DNA of 64,000 bases from Methanomicrobiaceae archaeon (GTDB taxonomy: Archaea; Halobacteriota; Methanomicrobia; Methanomicrobiales; Methanomicrobiaceae). The stretch is taken from assembly GCA_016928355.1 (NCBI GenBank), contig JAFGKW010000045.1:6625-70624 (forward strand), in the 5' to 3' direction. This document shows positions 20,011 to 31,156 of this stretch, piece by piece (position 1 is the stretch's first letter; each line of letters begins with the position of its first letter). The translations under genes and the position numbers were made by a program. The notes under the pieces were generated by a model. That model saw nothing but the letters and a program-made list of their open reading frames with translations, was not told where the DNA came from and did no database searches.

Positions 20011-21322
20011 CTACCACTGCGTTCTTTAATAATATATGGGGAGAACCGTCAGTTACGGGGACACTCTGCCCTCCTTTTCCGCAATAACCCTGGTTGAGCC
20101 TGAGGTCGTCTCCGCAGAGGACTATGTTGTGCATAGTCTGAAGGATATCGCCAGACAGTGATACGTCCCTTATCATCCCGGCAAGCTCACCGTTCTCTAT
20201 CACATAGCCGTACTCTGCATTGAACTGGAAGACGCCCCTGCCCGGATCGACCTGTCCTCCTCTGGAGCCCTTTAGAAGAACTCCGGACCTGCATTCTGCT
20301 ATTATCTCATCGTAGGAGGAGTCGCCGTTTTCTATGTAGGTGTTGCTCATCCTCACCTGCGGGACCGCATCGCTTTCGGCACGGGCATGGCCGGCATCGC
20401 CGTCGCCGATCAGGGCAAGAGTCTGCCTGTTGTGGAGATAGGCGTTTAGGACGCCACTCTTTATAATCTCGGTCCTCTTTGGCATGACGCCCTCAGCATC
20501 AAGCGGCATGAAACCGAACTCGTGAAGGGTGGGATCATCAACAACGGAGAGGGAGGAATCGCCGATCCTCTCACCAATCCGGCCTTTCAATACAGAGATC
20601 CCTTCCTTTACAAGGTCTCCCTCACTTGCGTGGCCTACAGCCTCATGGGCAAAAACGCCTGCAAGCTCCTGGTCAAGGACTGCGTTCATCTTCCCGCCCT
20701 TTGCAGGGGCCGCATCAAGGAGTTTTAAAGCTCTTTCGGCAGCCTCAAGCCCCTTGTGCTCCTTATGGTACATATTCAGACCGGCAATTGTCCTCTCACT
20801 CTCCCTTGCAGCCTGCATATCGCCGTTTCTGCCAGCGATTGCATTTATACCGTAGCCTGAACGGCATACAGGGTATGAATACTCATTCCCACATGAATCA
20901 GTGAAGCAAACGGTTGAAGAGCCCTCCGAATATCCGGCACGGGTGCTTATAATCCCGTCTATGCGAGCCGCCGCCTCTATTGACTGCAGAAGACTGCATT
21001 TCTCCTCGAGTGATATATCGACGGGATTCCCGTCGATCTTCGGGACTTTGAGCATCCCGGATGGTGCATCGCCGAGGACTATCTCCTCCTCAGTGACCGA
21101 GGCAAATCTCATCGCCTCGCTGATAAAACCATTAATCTCTTTCTTCGTCCTGCTGCTGAAATTCTCGATGGTTACAATACCCCAGCCTTTTCTACCCAGA
21201 ACACGCAGAATAGCCGAATCAGAGAAGCTGCTTCCTGCCGAGTCGATCTTTCCGTTCTCGATATCTATGTGTGTTGAAACACCGCAGACATGCCGTATAT
21301 CGTAGTACCTTGGCTCTTCCAT
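19994..21322 (-). CDS. tldD: TldD metalloprotease
   Basis: HEAVGH metal motif, 'RMSNTY', 'CGKGGQSVPV'. Confidence 0.95.
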   Translation of the reverse strand: MEEPRYYDIRHVCGVSTHIDIENGKIDSAGSSFSDSAILRVLGRKGWGIVTIENFSSRTKKEINGFISEAMRFASVTEEEIVLGDAPSGMLKVPKIDGNPVDISLEEKCSLLQSIEAAARIDGIISTRAGYSEGSSTVCFTDSCGNEYSYPVCRSGYGINAIAGRNGDMQAARESERTIAGLNMYHKEHKGLEAAERALKLLDAAPAKGGKMNAVLDQELAGVFAHEAVGHASEGDLVKEGISVLKGRIGERIGDSSLSVVDDPTLHEFGFMPLDAEGVMPKRTEIIKSGVLNAYLHNRQTLALIGDGDAGHARAESDAVPQVRMSNTYIENGDSSYDEIIAECRSGVLLKGSRGGQVDPGRGVFQFNAEYGYVIENGELAGMIRDVSLSGDILQTMHNIVLCGDDLRLNQGYCGKGGQSVPVTDGSPHILLKNAVVGGQGV

Positions 21323-21364
21323 TAAAAAACTCCTGAAAAATGTGAATATTAGTTTTACCCGGGT

Positions 21365-23497
21365 TCAACTGCGGAGAGGGGAAACACCAGGTATGTTCTC
21401 GATAATCTCTACCGGAGTAATCTTTGCAAGCTCGTGTATCCTCTCCATGAAGTCCTTCTTCTTGTCAGGTACAAGTGCAATGTCGAGAACGTCCTCGAAC
21501 TTTTTGACCGGAATGATCTCGACCATCTCCTTGTAACGGTCCTCGATAAGGACATCGGCAAGGTTGGACTCGGGTATGATGACCGTCTTAATGCCTGCCT
21601 TTGCGGCGGCCTCGATCTTGTAGGTTACGCCGCCTATCGGGAGAACGTTGCCCCTTACCGAGAGTGAGCCTGTCATTGCAACATCCTGGCGCACAGGTAT
21701 TCCCTCGATTGCACTGATAACAGCTGTTGCAACGCTTATTGAGGCTGAGTCTCCCTCGACACCGTTGTATGTCCCGATGAACTGGATGTGTATATCCATG
21801 TCCTTGATGTCCTTCTGGGTCAGTTTCTTGATGATCGCACTGATGTTCTTGATGGACTCCTGTGCAATCTCCTTCAGGAGACCGGTTGCGATGACCTCTC
21901 CACCGACCTTGCTCTGGGTCGGTGTCGCCTCTGCCATAATTGGAAGCACCTGCCCGGAGTCGTGGCCGACTACTGCAAGACCGTTGACCCTGCCGACTTC
22001 GGCACCGCTGACGACTGTAAGTTCGTATTCGCGGCTCCTCTGGGTAATTTCGCCAGATATCTGGTCCTCGACCGACCTTGCGATCTCCTTTGCCTTTAAG
22101 ACGTGATCGGCGGTTGTAATCTCCGCATCCTCCTGCCGGGCCATATCGCCTGCGACACGTATAAGACCGCCCATATCACGGAGTTTGAGAGTGATGTGCC
22201 CCTTCCTGTTGCTCCTCCGGCGCGCCTCTCTCATGATCTCTTCTATTGCTCCCTTGTCAAACGGCGGGATTTTACCGTCGTTCTTTATCTCCTGGGCGAT
22301 GAAACGGATGAACTTCTTCTGGTTTTCGGGAGTATCAGGCATTGAATCCTGCATAAAGAGCTCATAACCATAGCCACGGATACGTGACCTGAGTGCAGGG
22401 TGCATGCCCTCCATTGCATCAATATTTCCCGCTGCAATCATTACAAACCTGCACGGGACAGGCTCGGTCTTGACCATTGCCCCGCTCGACCTCTCGCTCT
22501 GTCCGGTTATGGGAAACTCTCCTTCCTGCAGTGCAGTCAGAAGGTTCTGCTGCGAGTGGGGAGTTAAAGTGTTTATCTCATCTATGAAGAGCACTCCCTT
22601 GTTTGCCTTGTGAATTGCGCCGGCCTCGACACGGTCATGTGCCGGTGTCTCAAGACCGCCGGACTGGAACGGATCGTGGCGTACGTCCCCGAGAAGTGCT
22701 CCGGCGTGTGCACCGGTTCCGTCGACATAAGGTGCATTGCCGTCCTTCTGGCTGGATACAAGAAGCTTTGGAACCATCGCTTCCTCTTTCGGGCGTGTAT
22801 ACTGGAGTGCCATAAAGATGAATGCCGCACCAATGATTCCCATAAGGAACTGCCCGGTAATTATTGCATAGCCCATTATTCCAAAGACAAAGAGCATTAT
22901 CATTGTATTGCGGGTCTGGGCACGCTTCTTCGCCTCGGCCTTGTGGGCGTTGGCTATCTCCTTTCCCCTTCCCGCCTTGACAGTCCTTACGACGGGTGTG
23001 TTGGAGTCATCGGAGTTGGGATAGATCAGTATATCCTGGAGATCCTCTTTTGGAAGGAGTTCGGCCATTGCCTTTGCAAGCATCGATTTCCCGGTTCCGG
23101 GAGTCCCTATCATCATAACGTGCCTGCGCTGGATCGCCGCCTTTTTGATTACCTCGACCGCATGATCCTGGCCGATCACCTGGTCGATGAGCCTCTTGGG
23201 GACATCGATCTCAGAAGAGGAATTCAGGCTGTCAAGATCAATCTCCTCGGTCTTTATGCCGGCTTTATCTCCATCTTCTCCGGCGTGATCCTCTGTGTCG
23301 GCTGCGATGAGTTTCGGACCTTCACCGGACTTTTCAGGAGCCCCGGCTGCGGCATCCACACAGGCATCGTTTCCGGCATCCTCTACCTCGGCAGAATCAG
23401 AATTCCGGACAGGGACAGATGAGCCACCATTTGCCTGCGAATCCACATAACCACCAGGATTGTCGATATTTTCTTCTGTATTATCTTTATTATCCAT
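21365..23497 (-). CDS. lonB: Archaeal membrane-bound ATP-dependent protease LonB
   Basis: GTPGTGKS, two TM helices, 'EGDSAS' catalytic Ser, 'IGGVTYKIEAA' Lys; start may be TTG 23518. Confidence 0.96.
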   Translation of the reverse strand: MDNKDNTEENIDNPGGYVDSQANGGSSVPVRNSDSAEVEDAGNDACVDAAAGAPEKSGEGPKLIAADTEDHAGEDGDKAGIKTEEIDLDSLNSSSEIDVPKRLIDQVIGQDHAVEVIKKAAIQRRHVMMIGTPGTGKSMLAKAMAELLPKEDLQDILIYPNSDDSNTPVVRTVKAGRGKEIANAHKAEAKKRAQTRNTMIMLFVFGIMGYAIITGQFLMGIIGAAFIFMALQYTRPKEEAMVPKLLVSSQKDGNAPYVDGTGAHAGALLGDVRHDPFQSGGLETPAHDRVEAGAIHKANKGVLFIDEINTLTPHSQQNLLTALQEGEFPITGQSERSSGAMVKTEPVPCRFVMIAAGNIDAMEGMHPALRSRIRGYGYELFMQDSMPDTPENQKKFIRFIAQEIKNDGKIPPFDKGAIEEIMREARRRSNRKGHITLKLRDMGGLIRVAGDMARQEDAEITTADHVLKAKEIARSVEDQISGEITQRSREYELTVVSGAEVGRVNGLAVVGHDSGQVLPIMAEATPTQSKVGGEVIATGLLKEIAQESIKNISAIIKKLTQKDIKDMDIHIQFIGTYNGVEGDSASISVATAVISAIEGIPVRQDVAMTGSLSVRGNVLPIGGVTYKIEAAAKAGIKTVIIPESNLADVLIEDRYKEMVEIIPVKKFEDVLDIALVPDKKKDFMERIHELAKITPVEIIENIPGVSPLRS

Positions 23498-23579
23498 TAG
23501 TTTGTATACCTCTGACAAACGATAGTGCTTATATGGTTCATTTCGATACTTTAAGTACTTTCCAGAATAGGTAATCCTG

Positions 23580-24428
23580 ATGAAGATAATTGGTGCTGAA
23601 CATTCCCAGGTTCTTGCGGCGAAAACCGCCCGTATACTCGACGCCGAACTGTTGTCGGCAGAATTCAGATCATTTCCCGACGGTGAGCTTTATGTCAGAG
23701 CAGAGGCTTCGGGAGATGAACTTGTAATTATTGGAAGCGTGACCAACAGCGATTCGCTCATCCAGCTCCTCCTGCTCATCGATGCATGCGAGGCAGAAGA
23801 CCTGACTCTTGTGATTCCCTATATGGGTTATGCAAGGCAGGATAAGAAGTTCAGGCCGGGTGAGCCGATCAGTGCAAGAGCTGTTGCAAGGGCACTCTCG
23901 CAGGGGACAGACAGGGTTTTTACAATCAATGTGCACGAGGAGACCGTCCTCGATCATTTCACTGTCCCGGCAGAGAATATCAGCATCGCAGAGAGTATAG
24001 GGGACTATATCAGGAGGATGATCCCTAAAAACCCCCTCGTTCTGGCTCCTGATGAGGGCGCAGCAGACTTCGCAGCAGATGTTGCCAAATCTGCCGGATG
24101 CGAATACGACCATCTCCAAAAGACACGGCTCTCAGGAACAGAGGTAAATATAGCACCAAAGAATATCGATGCAAAGGGGAGATCCGTCATTATTGTCGAC
24201 GACATCATATCAACAGGAGGAACGCTTGCAATGGCTGCGGGGATGTTGAGAGAACAGGGTGCGGCAGAGGTTCATGCCGCATGCGTCCACGGAGTATTTA
24301 CAAACGGCGGTTACGCAAGGCTTGCATCAGCGAACATCAGGTCCATTGCGGCAAGTGATACGATAGAATCGGGAGCGAGCAGGATCTCTGCAGCCGAATC
24401 GATTGCTGCAGCACTAAAACAAAGATGA
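23580..24428 (+). CDS. prs: Ribose-phosphate pyrophosphokinase
   Basis: FPDGE, YMGYARQD, VDDIISTGGT. Confidence 0.96.
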   Translation: MKIIGAEHSQVLAAKTARILDAELLSAEFRSFPDGELYVRAEASGDELVIIGSVTNSDSLIQLLLLIDACEAEDLTLVIPYMGYARQDKKFRPGEPISARAVARALSQGTDRVFTINVHEETVLDHFTVPAENISIAESIGDYIRRMIPKNPLVLAPDEGAADFAADVAKSAGCEYDHLQKTRLSGTEVNIAPKNIDAKGRSVIIVDDIISTGGTLAMAAGMLREQGAAEVHAACVHGVFTNGGYARLASANIRSIAASDTIESGASRISAAESIAAALKQR

Positions 24429-24889
24429 AGAGAAAAACCGTCGTCCCCGATTCGACATTCTTTTTTCTTGAGATTCCCATTGAAGGAGATCTAATTGTTC
24501 CACCTGCCGTGGCAGATGAATTAAAGGACCTCAATTCGAAGATGAGGTTTGAAAAATATCTTCAGTGCGGACTTAAAATCTCCGAACCGCAGCAGGAATC
24601 AAGAGAAGAGGTGAAGAGAGCTGCTAAAAAAAGCGGTGACCTGTCAGTACTCTCCGCCACCGACATTGATGTTGCGGCCCTTGCATGGGAGAGAGAGGCG
24701 TCAGTTGCAACAGACGATTTTGCTCTTTCAAACACAGCCCAGCATATGGGTGTCGGGGTAATTCCCCTCCAGCAGAGACGTGCAAAGAAGAGAAAATGGA
24801 AATACAGGTGCTCCGGATGCGGCAGGTATTATGACGAACCCGGTACTTGTGAGGTCTGCGGACTGGAAATAAAAAGAAAGGTTAAATGA
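24425..24889 (+). CDS. nob1: Nob1 rRNA maturation endonuclease (PIN + Zn ribbon)
   Basis: 'LSATDIDV', 'TDD', CSGC...CEVC. Confidence 0.9.
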   Translation: MKRKTVVPDSTFFFLEIPIEGDLIVPPAVADELKDLNSKMRFEKYLQCGLKISEPQQESREEVKRAAKKSGDLSVLSATDIDVAALAWEREASVATDDFALSNTAQHMGVGVIPLQQRRAKKRKWKYRCSGCGRYYDEPGTCEVCGLEIKRKVK

Positions 24890-24910
24890 TTATAAACTGA
24901 TTCTTTCTTT

Positions 24911-25534
24911 ATGTCATCCCTTGAAGAACTCATCACCAAAGCCAGACTTCTTCACTCGGAGGGGAGGAGCACGAGTCAGATATCGGATGAACTCAGCCTC
25001 TCCGCGGAGACTGTAACATGGCTTTTGACCCAGCAGAAGACCGGCGGAGATGTGCCGAAGGACGTTCTTATAGACTGGTCGAGCATAAGCTGTGATTCAA
25101 ACAATCTCTGCCTTGCAGCCTCAATGATGGCGCAGAGGTACTATTTTGCCAGAGAGCAGGCAGGCCTTAACAGTGAGGGGAGCGGGGGTTTTCCTGATGT
25201 GGTTATAGGAATTGCACATTCAGGGATACCGCTTGCAACCCTTATTGCAGGGAACGAGGGATCGATGTTTGCAATGTTCCATCCCAGGAAACACGCACAG
25301 GGTGAAAGTCCCGCAGGATCGCTTAACAGCAGCTTTGCAGGAGTATCCAACAGGTCCTGCCTTATTGTCGATGATGTTGTAACCACCGGAAATACAATAA
25401 CAGAGACAATAGAATATATCAGAAAGCATGGCGGAGAACCCCTTGGGATCGTTGTTCTCTTCGACAAGAGAGGGTTGGAAGAGATCGACGGGGTTCCACT
25501 TTACTCGCTGGTAAGGGTTGAAAGGATTGACTAA
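24911..25534 (+). CDS. gfcR: PyrE-like HTH-phosphoribosyltransferase regulator (GfcR family)
   Basis: N-terminal HTH 'QISDELSLSAETVTWLL' plus PRT motif 'VDDVVTTGNT'. Confidence 0.85.
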   Translation: MSSLEELITKARLLHSEGRSTSQISDELSLSAETVTWLLTQQKTGGDVPKDVLIDWSSISCDSNNLCLAASMMAQRYYFAREQAGLNSEGSGGFPDVVIGIAHSGIPLATLIAGNEGSMFAMFHPRKHAQGESPAGSLNSSFAGVSNRSCLIVDDVVTTGNTITETIEYIRKHGGEPLGIVVLFDKRGLEEIDGVPLYSLVRVERID

Positions 25535-25552
25535 AACAGGAGAGATTAAAAA

Positions 25553-26023
25553 ATGACATTAATTGATGTAGTGGTTTTTGATATCGGGGGAACGCTTTAC
25601 GCACTTGACATTCAGCTTGCAAGGGAGATTGTGGATATGATGCCCATCACCCCCGTGCCCAGGGCACCGCCCCATATTGCAGGAATAATCAACCTGCGTG
25701 GAGAGATTACAAATATCCTGAACCTGAACAGGATACTTAATCTTCCCGAGCACGAGAATGAGGAGACACAGAAGATAATCGTCCTTGTTGCAGAGGCAAC
25801 CGGAGGTTCGAATGTCGGTATTATTGTCGACAATGTCAGAAGCGTTATCCAGGTAGAGGAGAACAATATCGAGAGTATGGACACCTCCTTTTCGAAAGAG
25901 GCGTTTGTCAAGGGCATAATCAAGGAAAAATCCGAGGATTCGGGTACATCAGGCAAGACAGATCTTATCATCTGGCTGGATGTAAACCTGATCCTTGAGG
26001 ATCTTAATATTGAAGAGCTCTAA
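25553..26023 (+). CDS. cheW: CheW chemotaxis coupling protein
   Basis: 'TPVPRAP...GIINLRGEI', 'GIIVDNV'. Confidence 0.93.
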   Translation: MTLIDVVVFDIGGTLYALDIQLAREIVDMMPITPVPRAPPHIAGIINLRGEITNILNLNRILNLPEHENEETQKIIVLVAEATGGSNVGIIVDNVRSVIQVEENNIESMDTSFSKEAFVKGIIKEKSEDSGTSGKTDLIIWLDVNLILEDLNIEEL

Positions 26024-26174
26024 TTTGCGGCATTAACTAACACCTTCTCCGGGAAAGGGATCATCCCGGGAAAAAATTTTTTAAGTTTTCGCCCGGCATG
26101 CGGGCAGATATCAAAAGATATATATAGAACTTCAAAACCACATTTATGGCAGATCATAATAGGAGTTATGTAAT

Positions 26175-27752
26175 ATGTTAGCCGGACAGCCCATTATTAT
26201 TTTACGCGATAATGTCGACGTGACAAGCGGAAGGGAGGCGCAGCACTCAAATATCATGGCCTGCAAAGCCATTGCAAGTGCTGTCCGCACGACCCTTGGT
26301 CCCCGCGGAATGGACAAGATGCTCGTATCCCCGTCAGGAGATGTCGTAATCACAAACGACGGTGCAACAATCCTTCATGAGATCTCAGTCGAACACCCTG
26401 CAGCAAAGATGATGATATCCGTCGCAGAGGCTCAGGATGATGAGGTGGGTGACGGTACGACGACATCCTGCATTCTTATCGGCGAACTTATGGAAGAGGC
26501 AAACAGACTTCTCGCAAAGGGGATTCACCCCACCATCATCGCAAAGGGATACGTCCTTGCAATGGAGAAGGCCCTTGAGATCCTCAATGAAAATGCAATT
26601 GTTTCGAAGGGTGAGGACAGGGATCTTCTTGTAAAGGTCTCAAACACTGCAGTGACAGGTAAGTCAATCGAGATGATGAGAGATATTATCTCAGCCATTG
26701 TAGTCGATGCTGTTCTTGCAGTTGCAGAGAAGGATGCAGAAGAGAACTACATCGTCGATGAGGATGATGTAAGGATCAAGACAGTCATCGGCGACAGCCT
26801 TGAGGACGCAGAGCTCCTTAAAGGATTCATGATCGACAAGACCCGCTGTGATGAAGGAATGCCCAAGAAGATCTCAAATGCAAAGATTGCTCTCCTCAGC
26901 CAGCCTCTCGAGATAAAGAAGACTGAGACAAAGGCAAAGATCAAGATTACCACATCAGAGCAGATGGAAGCATTCTCAGACAGTGAGAAGGAAAAGCTGA
27001 AGGAAATTGCTGAAAAGATCGTTGCATCAGGTGCAAATGTGGTTCTCTGCCAGAAGGGAATCGCCGATGCAGTCCAGTATCATCTCTCGCACGCGGGAAT
27101 CCTTGCAATCCAGGACGTTCCCGAGAAGGACATGAAGGCATTCTCACGTGCACTTCACGGGACGATTGTCAACTCCGTAAACGACCTCGAAGAATCAGTT
27201 CTTGGAAATGCAGAGAATGTAGAAGAGATGAAGGATATCAAAGCGACGAAGTTTACCGGATGTAAGAGAGGTAAAATCGTTACAATCCTCCTCAAGGGCT
27301 CAAACCAGATATATGTCGACGAACTTGAGCGTGCGGCATATGATGCAGCCCGTGTCGTAATGGATGCACTAGAGGACGGAAAATATGTGGTCGGCGCAGC
27401 GGCAATCGATACCGAGCTCAACCTCGGCCTCCATTCATATGCCGCAACAATCGGCGGAAGGATACAGCTTGCAATCGAGGCGTTTGCAAATATATTCGAA
27501 GCAATACCAAACACGCTTGCAGAGAACTCGGGACTTGACCCGATCGACACCGTTGTCGACCTGAAGTCAGCCCATGCAAACGGTGAGAAGTACGCTGGAA
27601 TCAATGTATTCACAGGAAAAGTCCAGAATATGTATGACGAAGGCGTAATCGAGCCGATGCGTGTCAAGAGGCAGGCAATCCAGAGTGCAACAGAGACAGC
27701 GGCCCTGCTTATCAGGGTTGACGATATGATGATTGCAAAATCATCACACTAA
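26175..27752 (+). CDS. ths: Thermosome (group II chaperonin) subunit
   Basis: [25 protein letters not shown]. Confidence 0.97.
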   Translation: MLAGQPIIILRDNVDVTSGREAQHSNIMACKAIASAVRTTLGPRGMDKMLVSPSGDVVITNDGATILHEISVEHPAAKMMISVAEAQDDEVGDGTTTSCILIGELMEEANRLLAKGIHPTIIAKGYVLAMEKALEILNENAIVSKGEDRDLLVKVSNTAVTGKSIEMMRDIISAIVVDAVLAVAEKDAEENYIVDEDDVRIKTVIGDSLEDAELLKGFMIDKTRCDEGMPKKISNAKIALLSQPLEIKKTETKAKIKITTSEQMEAFSDSEKEKLKEIAEKIVASGANVVLCQKGIADAVQYHLSHAGILAIQDVPEKDMKAFSRALHGTIVNSVNDLEESVLGNAENVEEMKDIKATKFTGCKRGKIVTILLKGSNQIYVDELERAAYDAARVVMDALEDGKYVVGAAAIDTELNLGLHSYAATIGGRIQLAIEAFANIFEAIPNTLAENSGLDPIDTVVDLKSAHANGEKYAGINVFTGKVQNMYDEGVIEPMRVKRQAIQSATETAALLIRVDDMMIAKSSH

Positions 27753-27907
27753 ATCAATATTCTTTTATACAATATATGCCAGAAAAAATCGTAAAAAATA
27801 GTATTTTAATTTAGATTTATCTCCGCCCCTGCCCGAAATCCCACAATTAGGGGTACCACAGAGAGGGAAAAGTGATAATCAACGCAAAATAAGTGATTTT
27901 CAATAAG

Positions 27908-28744
27908 TTAAAAGTATGATCCGCCCTTCTCAAAGGCCTCTCTTCTCTGCCGGGCCATCTTATAGAGTTCGTCTTCGATAACAGGCTCGCCAAGTACATA
28001 CCCCTTCCACATATCCGTGTACGGCTCTTCGGGGACGACGATTATCCCCCTGTTCTCCGAAACCCGGTCCAGGATCAGCGATGCAGCCTTATCGGCCGGG
28101 TATGCATCGTCCGGAATCCTGAGCTCTCCTTTGGCCTCGCCGTCTATGCCTTTGTTGAAGATCGGGGTTGCGATGTTTGCCGGACAGATTGTCGAAAACC
28201 TCAGGCCTTTTTCCGCGTACTCATACTTCAGGCACTCGGTCATGCCGGTTACACCATATTTGGTGAGGGAATAAAGCGCCTGGAAAGGAGGCGGAACGAT
28301 CCCGGCAATGGAGGATGTGTTTACTATATGGCCTGAACCCTGCTCAAGCATAATTGGAACGGCCGCCGAAACACCGTAGATGACGCTCCAGATGTTCGTA
28401 TCGATGATATTCCTCCAGTCGTCGATTGTCGCCCTATCGAACGGAATAGTTCCCCCCACCCCGGCATTGTTGAAGAGAAGATCGATACTTCCGGCTTCGG
28501 CCTTAACACGGGCAATCCCCTCCCGGACATCCTTCTCTTTCGTGACATCCATGACTAGCTTTCGCACATTGTCGCCATATGAAGAAAAATCCTCCGCGGC
28601 CTTTGATATCTTACCAGGGTTCCTCCCTGCCATATAAACGACCGCCCCCCTCTTCAAAAGCTCAGCCGAGACTGCATATCCTATACCTGAATTCGCACCT
28701 GTAACGATGCAGATTTTATTCCTGTAATATTCCGAATCTGTCAT
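27908..28744 (-). CDS. Short-chain dehydrogenase/reductase
   Basis: TGANSGIG, NNAG, YxxxK (YSLTK). Confidence 0.93.
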   Translation of the reverse strand: MTDSEYYRNKICIVTGANSGIGYAVSAELLKRGAVVYMAGRNPGKISKAAEDFSSYGDNVRKLVMDVTKEKDVREGIARVKAEAGSIDLLFNNAGVGGTIPFDRATIDDWRNIIDTNIWSVIYGVSAAVPIMLEQGSGHIVNTSSIAGIVPPPFQALYSLTKYGVTGMTECLKYEYAEKGLRFSTICPANIATPIFNKGIDGEAKGELRIPDDAYPADKAASLILDRVSENRGIIVVPEEPYTDMWKGYVLGEPVIEDELYKMARQRREAFEKGGSYF

Positions 28745-28776
28745 AATGGTTCCCCTTTTCCAAAAAAATCATCTTT

Positions 28777-29571
28777 TTATTCAATTACGCGTGCTCCCAT
28801 CGCATGAAGGAAGGTCTCACCCTCAAACAGAACCGACTGTGTAATCTTTTCAACCGGCAGCTCTGCAAGGCTGTTTACAATATAGTACTGGGCAGGATTC
28901 TGCATCGGGGTTAAGGTCGTCCACTTCAGGCTACCTTTCCCCGCCACCGCACGTTCGACCTTCATGCCCTGCGGGTACAGGACGAACTGGCTCAGTTCGG
29001 CGCCCGGAGCCCCGACCTTCGGGATATACCTCCACCCGATAGTGTTCACCGACGAGAAACCTGATCTTATTGTATCCATTTCAACACCGGTTATCTCATC
29101 TTCCGCTTCAAAATCCAGGTTCAGGAATGTGCTCCCTTCGTAACTGGCGTTTGTCATGTAATGCGGCTTCAGGATATGCAGGTCCTCTATATCGGCATAG
29201 ATCTTCGGAATCCCTGTCTGTTCACGCCCTCCGAGAATCGGTGCGGTCCTGTTCTCCCAGACGACAAGAGTATATGAGCCTTCAAGATCATCCTTTTTGC
29301 CCGTGAACCGGACAGGCGATGCGACATTGACGAGATTGTACTGCCCGCCCTGCATCCAGTCGATCTCCGTGAACTTGCTGAAGATTACCTGCACTTCAGG
29401 TGAGATCAGTTCAAATCCTTCCGGAATATACTGTTCCAGAAGGTTCCTGTCGGTTTCATAAGTCATTGCAAGCGTCGTCATTCTCTGGCGGACAACTCTG
29501 TCAGGATTAAACCTGCCGCCCCCGAAATGAACCGGCATCAGATATGTAAAATCGTCCTGTAGCCGAAACAT
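28777..29571 (-). CDS. Acetoacetate decarboxylase-like family protein
   Basis: '[10 protein letters not shown]' Schiff-base Lys motif; start set at ATG 29571. Confidence 0.85.
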   Translation of the reverse strand: MFRLQDDFTYLMPVHFGGGRFNPDRVVRQRMTTLAMTYETDRNLLEQYIPEGFELISPEVQVIFSKFTEIDWMQGGQYNLVNVASPVRFTGKKDDLEGSYTLVVWENRTAPILGGREQTGIPKIYADIEDLHILKPHYMTNASYEGSTFLNLDFEAEDEITGVEMDTIRSGFSSVNTIGWRYIPKVGAPGAELSQFVLYPQGMKVERAVAGKGSLKWTTLTPMQNPAQYYIVNSLAELPVEKITQSVLFEGETFLHAMGARVIE

Positions 29572-29757
29572 AATTCTGTTTTTAAAAACACCTGTATATC
29601 TAATTATTCCTTCCAAAGTCCCCTGGATTTCTAATAAGTGAATGAAACCAAATTAAATTCAAATATATCTAAATGCTGAAGAAAACAGCCAAAAATAAAT
29701 CACAAATTATAACTCTTCAGTCAAATTACAGATTACTAATGCATCAGGGGGCAGTAT

Positions 29758-31062
29758 TTGGATAACCGTCAGGATGCAAAGGAGGAAAGAGGGTTGGGAC
29801 TGAACAATAACGACGGGAACAATAAGCGAATAAAAAAGGAATTTTTCGGGGAAATCTCATTTGAGGTAATAATTCTCTTTATATTTGGAATTTTTATGCT
29901 GATCTTCGGAGCTCTCCTGTTCAAAATTCATACAGGCGAACTGCCATACACACCTGACAGCACATACGGCCTCTTCCTGGTGATTATATCCCTTCAGATC
30001 ATTGCACTGGGTAGAACGCCTTTCGGCGACCTCAGGCGGTCGTGGATAGTAATTATTATAGGGATCTGCACCACAGCAGCCGGAATGACCGCATGCTTCA
30101 TCCCCGGTTATCTTTCAGAATTTGTTAGGATTCTTGCAGGACTCATGCTGTTTTTCGGAGGTATTTCACTTCTCGTTCAGCTGTTTTTTGCCGAAGACAA
30201 GGCAAAGCAATGGCTTGAGGTCCCTGGAATCCTCAGGCACCTGACCCTCGCATGTGCACTTGTATACATTATATCGGCTATACTCGGGATCGTAACACTT
30301 CTCCCCGGCATAACAGGAGACATACTGATCGCAACAATTCTCCTGGTCTACGGCTTTTGCATCTTCTATCTTGCATTCTGCCTTCATAAGACAAATGCCA
30401 CCTATCCGAAGGAAGAAGAAAGGAGCCTTCCCGGGCGACAGGAGAAAAGAACACTGTTATTTTCCGGGGGGGAAATTCCCCTCCAGGTCGCAATAATAAT
30501 TCCTGTCGGATTTCTGCTCCTGCTGCTCGGATTTCTGCTCGTCCCGGTAAACCTGGGAATTATCCCCTTCTCCCCCGATGGCCAGCTGGGCCTTTTGATG
30601 GTTGTAATGGCCATACAGATGATGTCACTTGGCGAGACTCCGGCAGGAGAATACAGCCGTTCATGGCTCCTTATGGGAATTGGAGTTGTATTTGCCGGAG
30701 CAGGAATATTCTCATGTGTTGTCCCTGGGATTATTACAGGACTCCTGGCCGGGCTTGTCGGGTTTTTGAACATTGCTGGTGGTGTGATCCTTCTTTTAAA
30801 ACGCTTAGGCCCGGCCCTTTTAACCCGCGGGAATGCAGGGGCAGAAAAGCCCATATTACCTCCTGTTCTTAAAAAACTGTTGATTACCCAGACTATCCTG
30901 AATTTCGTCTCGATAGGTTTCGGTGCATCGATGTTTCTGCCAGGAGTCGTTCCAGGGATGATCATTGCCGGAATTCTTGTAGTAAACGGAGTTCTAATCT
31001 TCGTACTGGCATCGGCCGTCCTGAAGATAGACATGATGATGAATGCGGGGATGAGAGGATAA
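29758..31062 (+). CDS. Polytopic membrane protein with two homologous halves (putative transporter)
   Basis: Repeated 'P(Y/F)xPD..GL..V....Q...LG.TP.G...RSW' in both halves. Confidence 0.8.
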   Translation: MDNRQDAKEERGLGLNNNDGNNKRIKKEFFGEISFEVIILFIFGIFMLIFGALLFKIHTGELPYTPDSTYGLFLVIISLQIIALGRTPFGDLRRSWIVIIIGICTTAAGMTACFIPGYLSEFVRILAGLMLFFGGISLLVQLFFAEDKAKQWLEVPGILRHLTLACALVYIISAILGIVTLLPGITGDILIATILLVYGFCIFYLAFCLHKTNATYPKEEERSLPGRQEKRTLLFSGGEIPLQVAIIIPVGFLLLLLGFLLVPVNLGIIPFSPDGQLGLLMVVMAIQMMSLGETPAGEYSRSWLLMGIGVVFAGAGIFSCVVPGIITGLLAGLVGFLNIAGGVILLLKRLGPALLTRGNAGAEKPILPPVLKKLLITQTILNFVSIGFGASMFLPGVVPGMIIAGILVVNGVLIFVLASAVLKIDMMMNAGMRG

Positions 31063-31156
31063 TCCTGTAAACCCTGGTTCCCTCCTTTTTTGTAAAAAAC
31101 TGATAATTGCCACTATGGATTAACAACCAATACATTCATTATACTGCATTCCCTCA

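Noticed and set aside
22610-23422. 270-aa plus-strand ORF
   Set aside because: Antisense to lonB, no recognisable domain
26175-27752. Thermosome lacking a C-terminal GGM tail
   Set aside because: Tail variation is common among methanogen chaperonin paralogs
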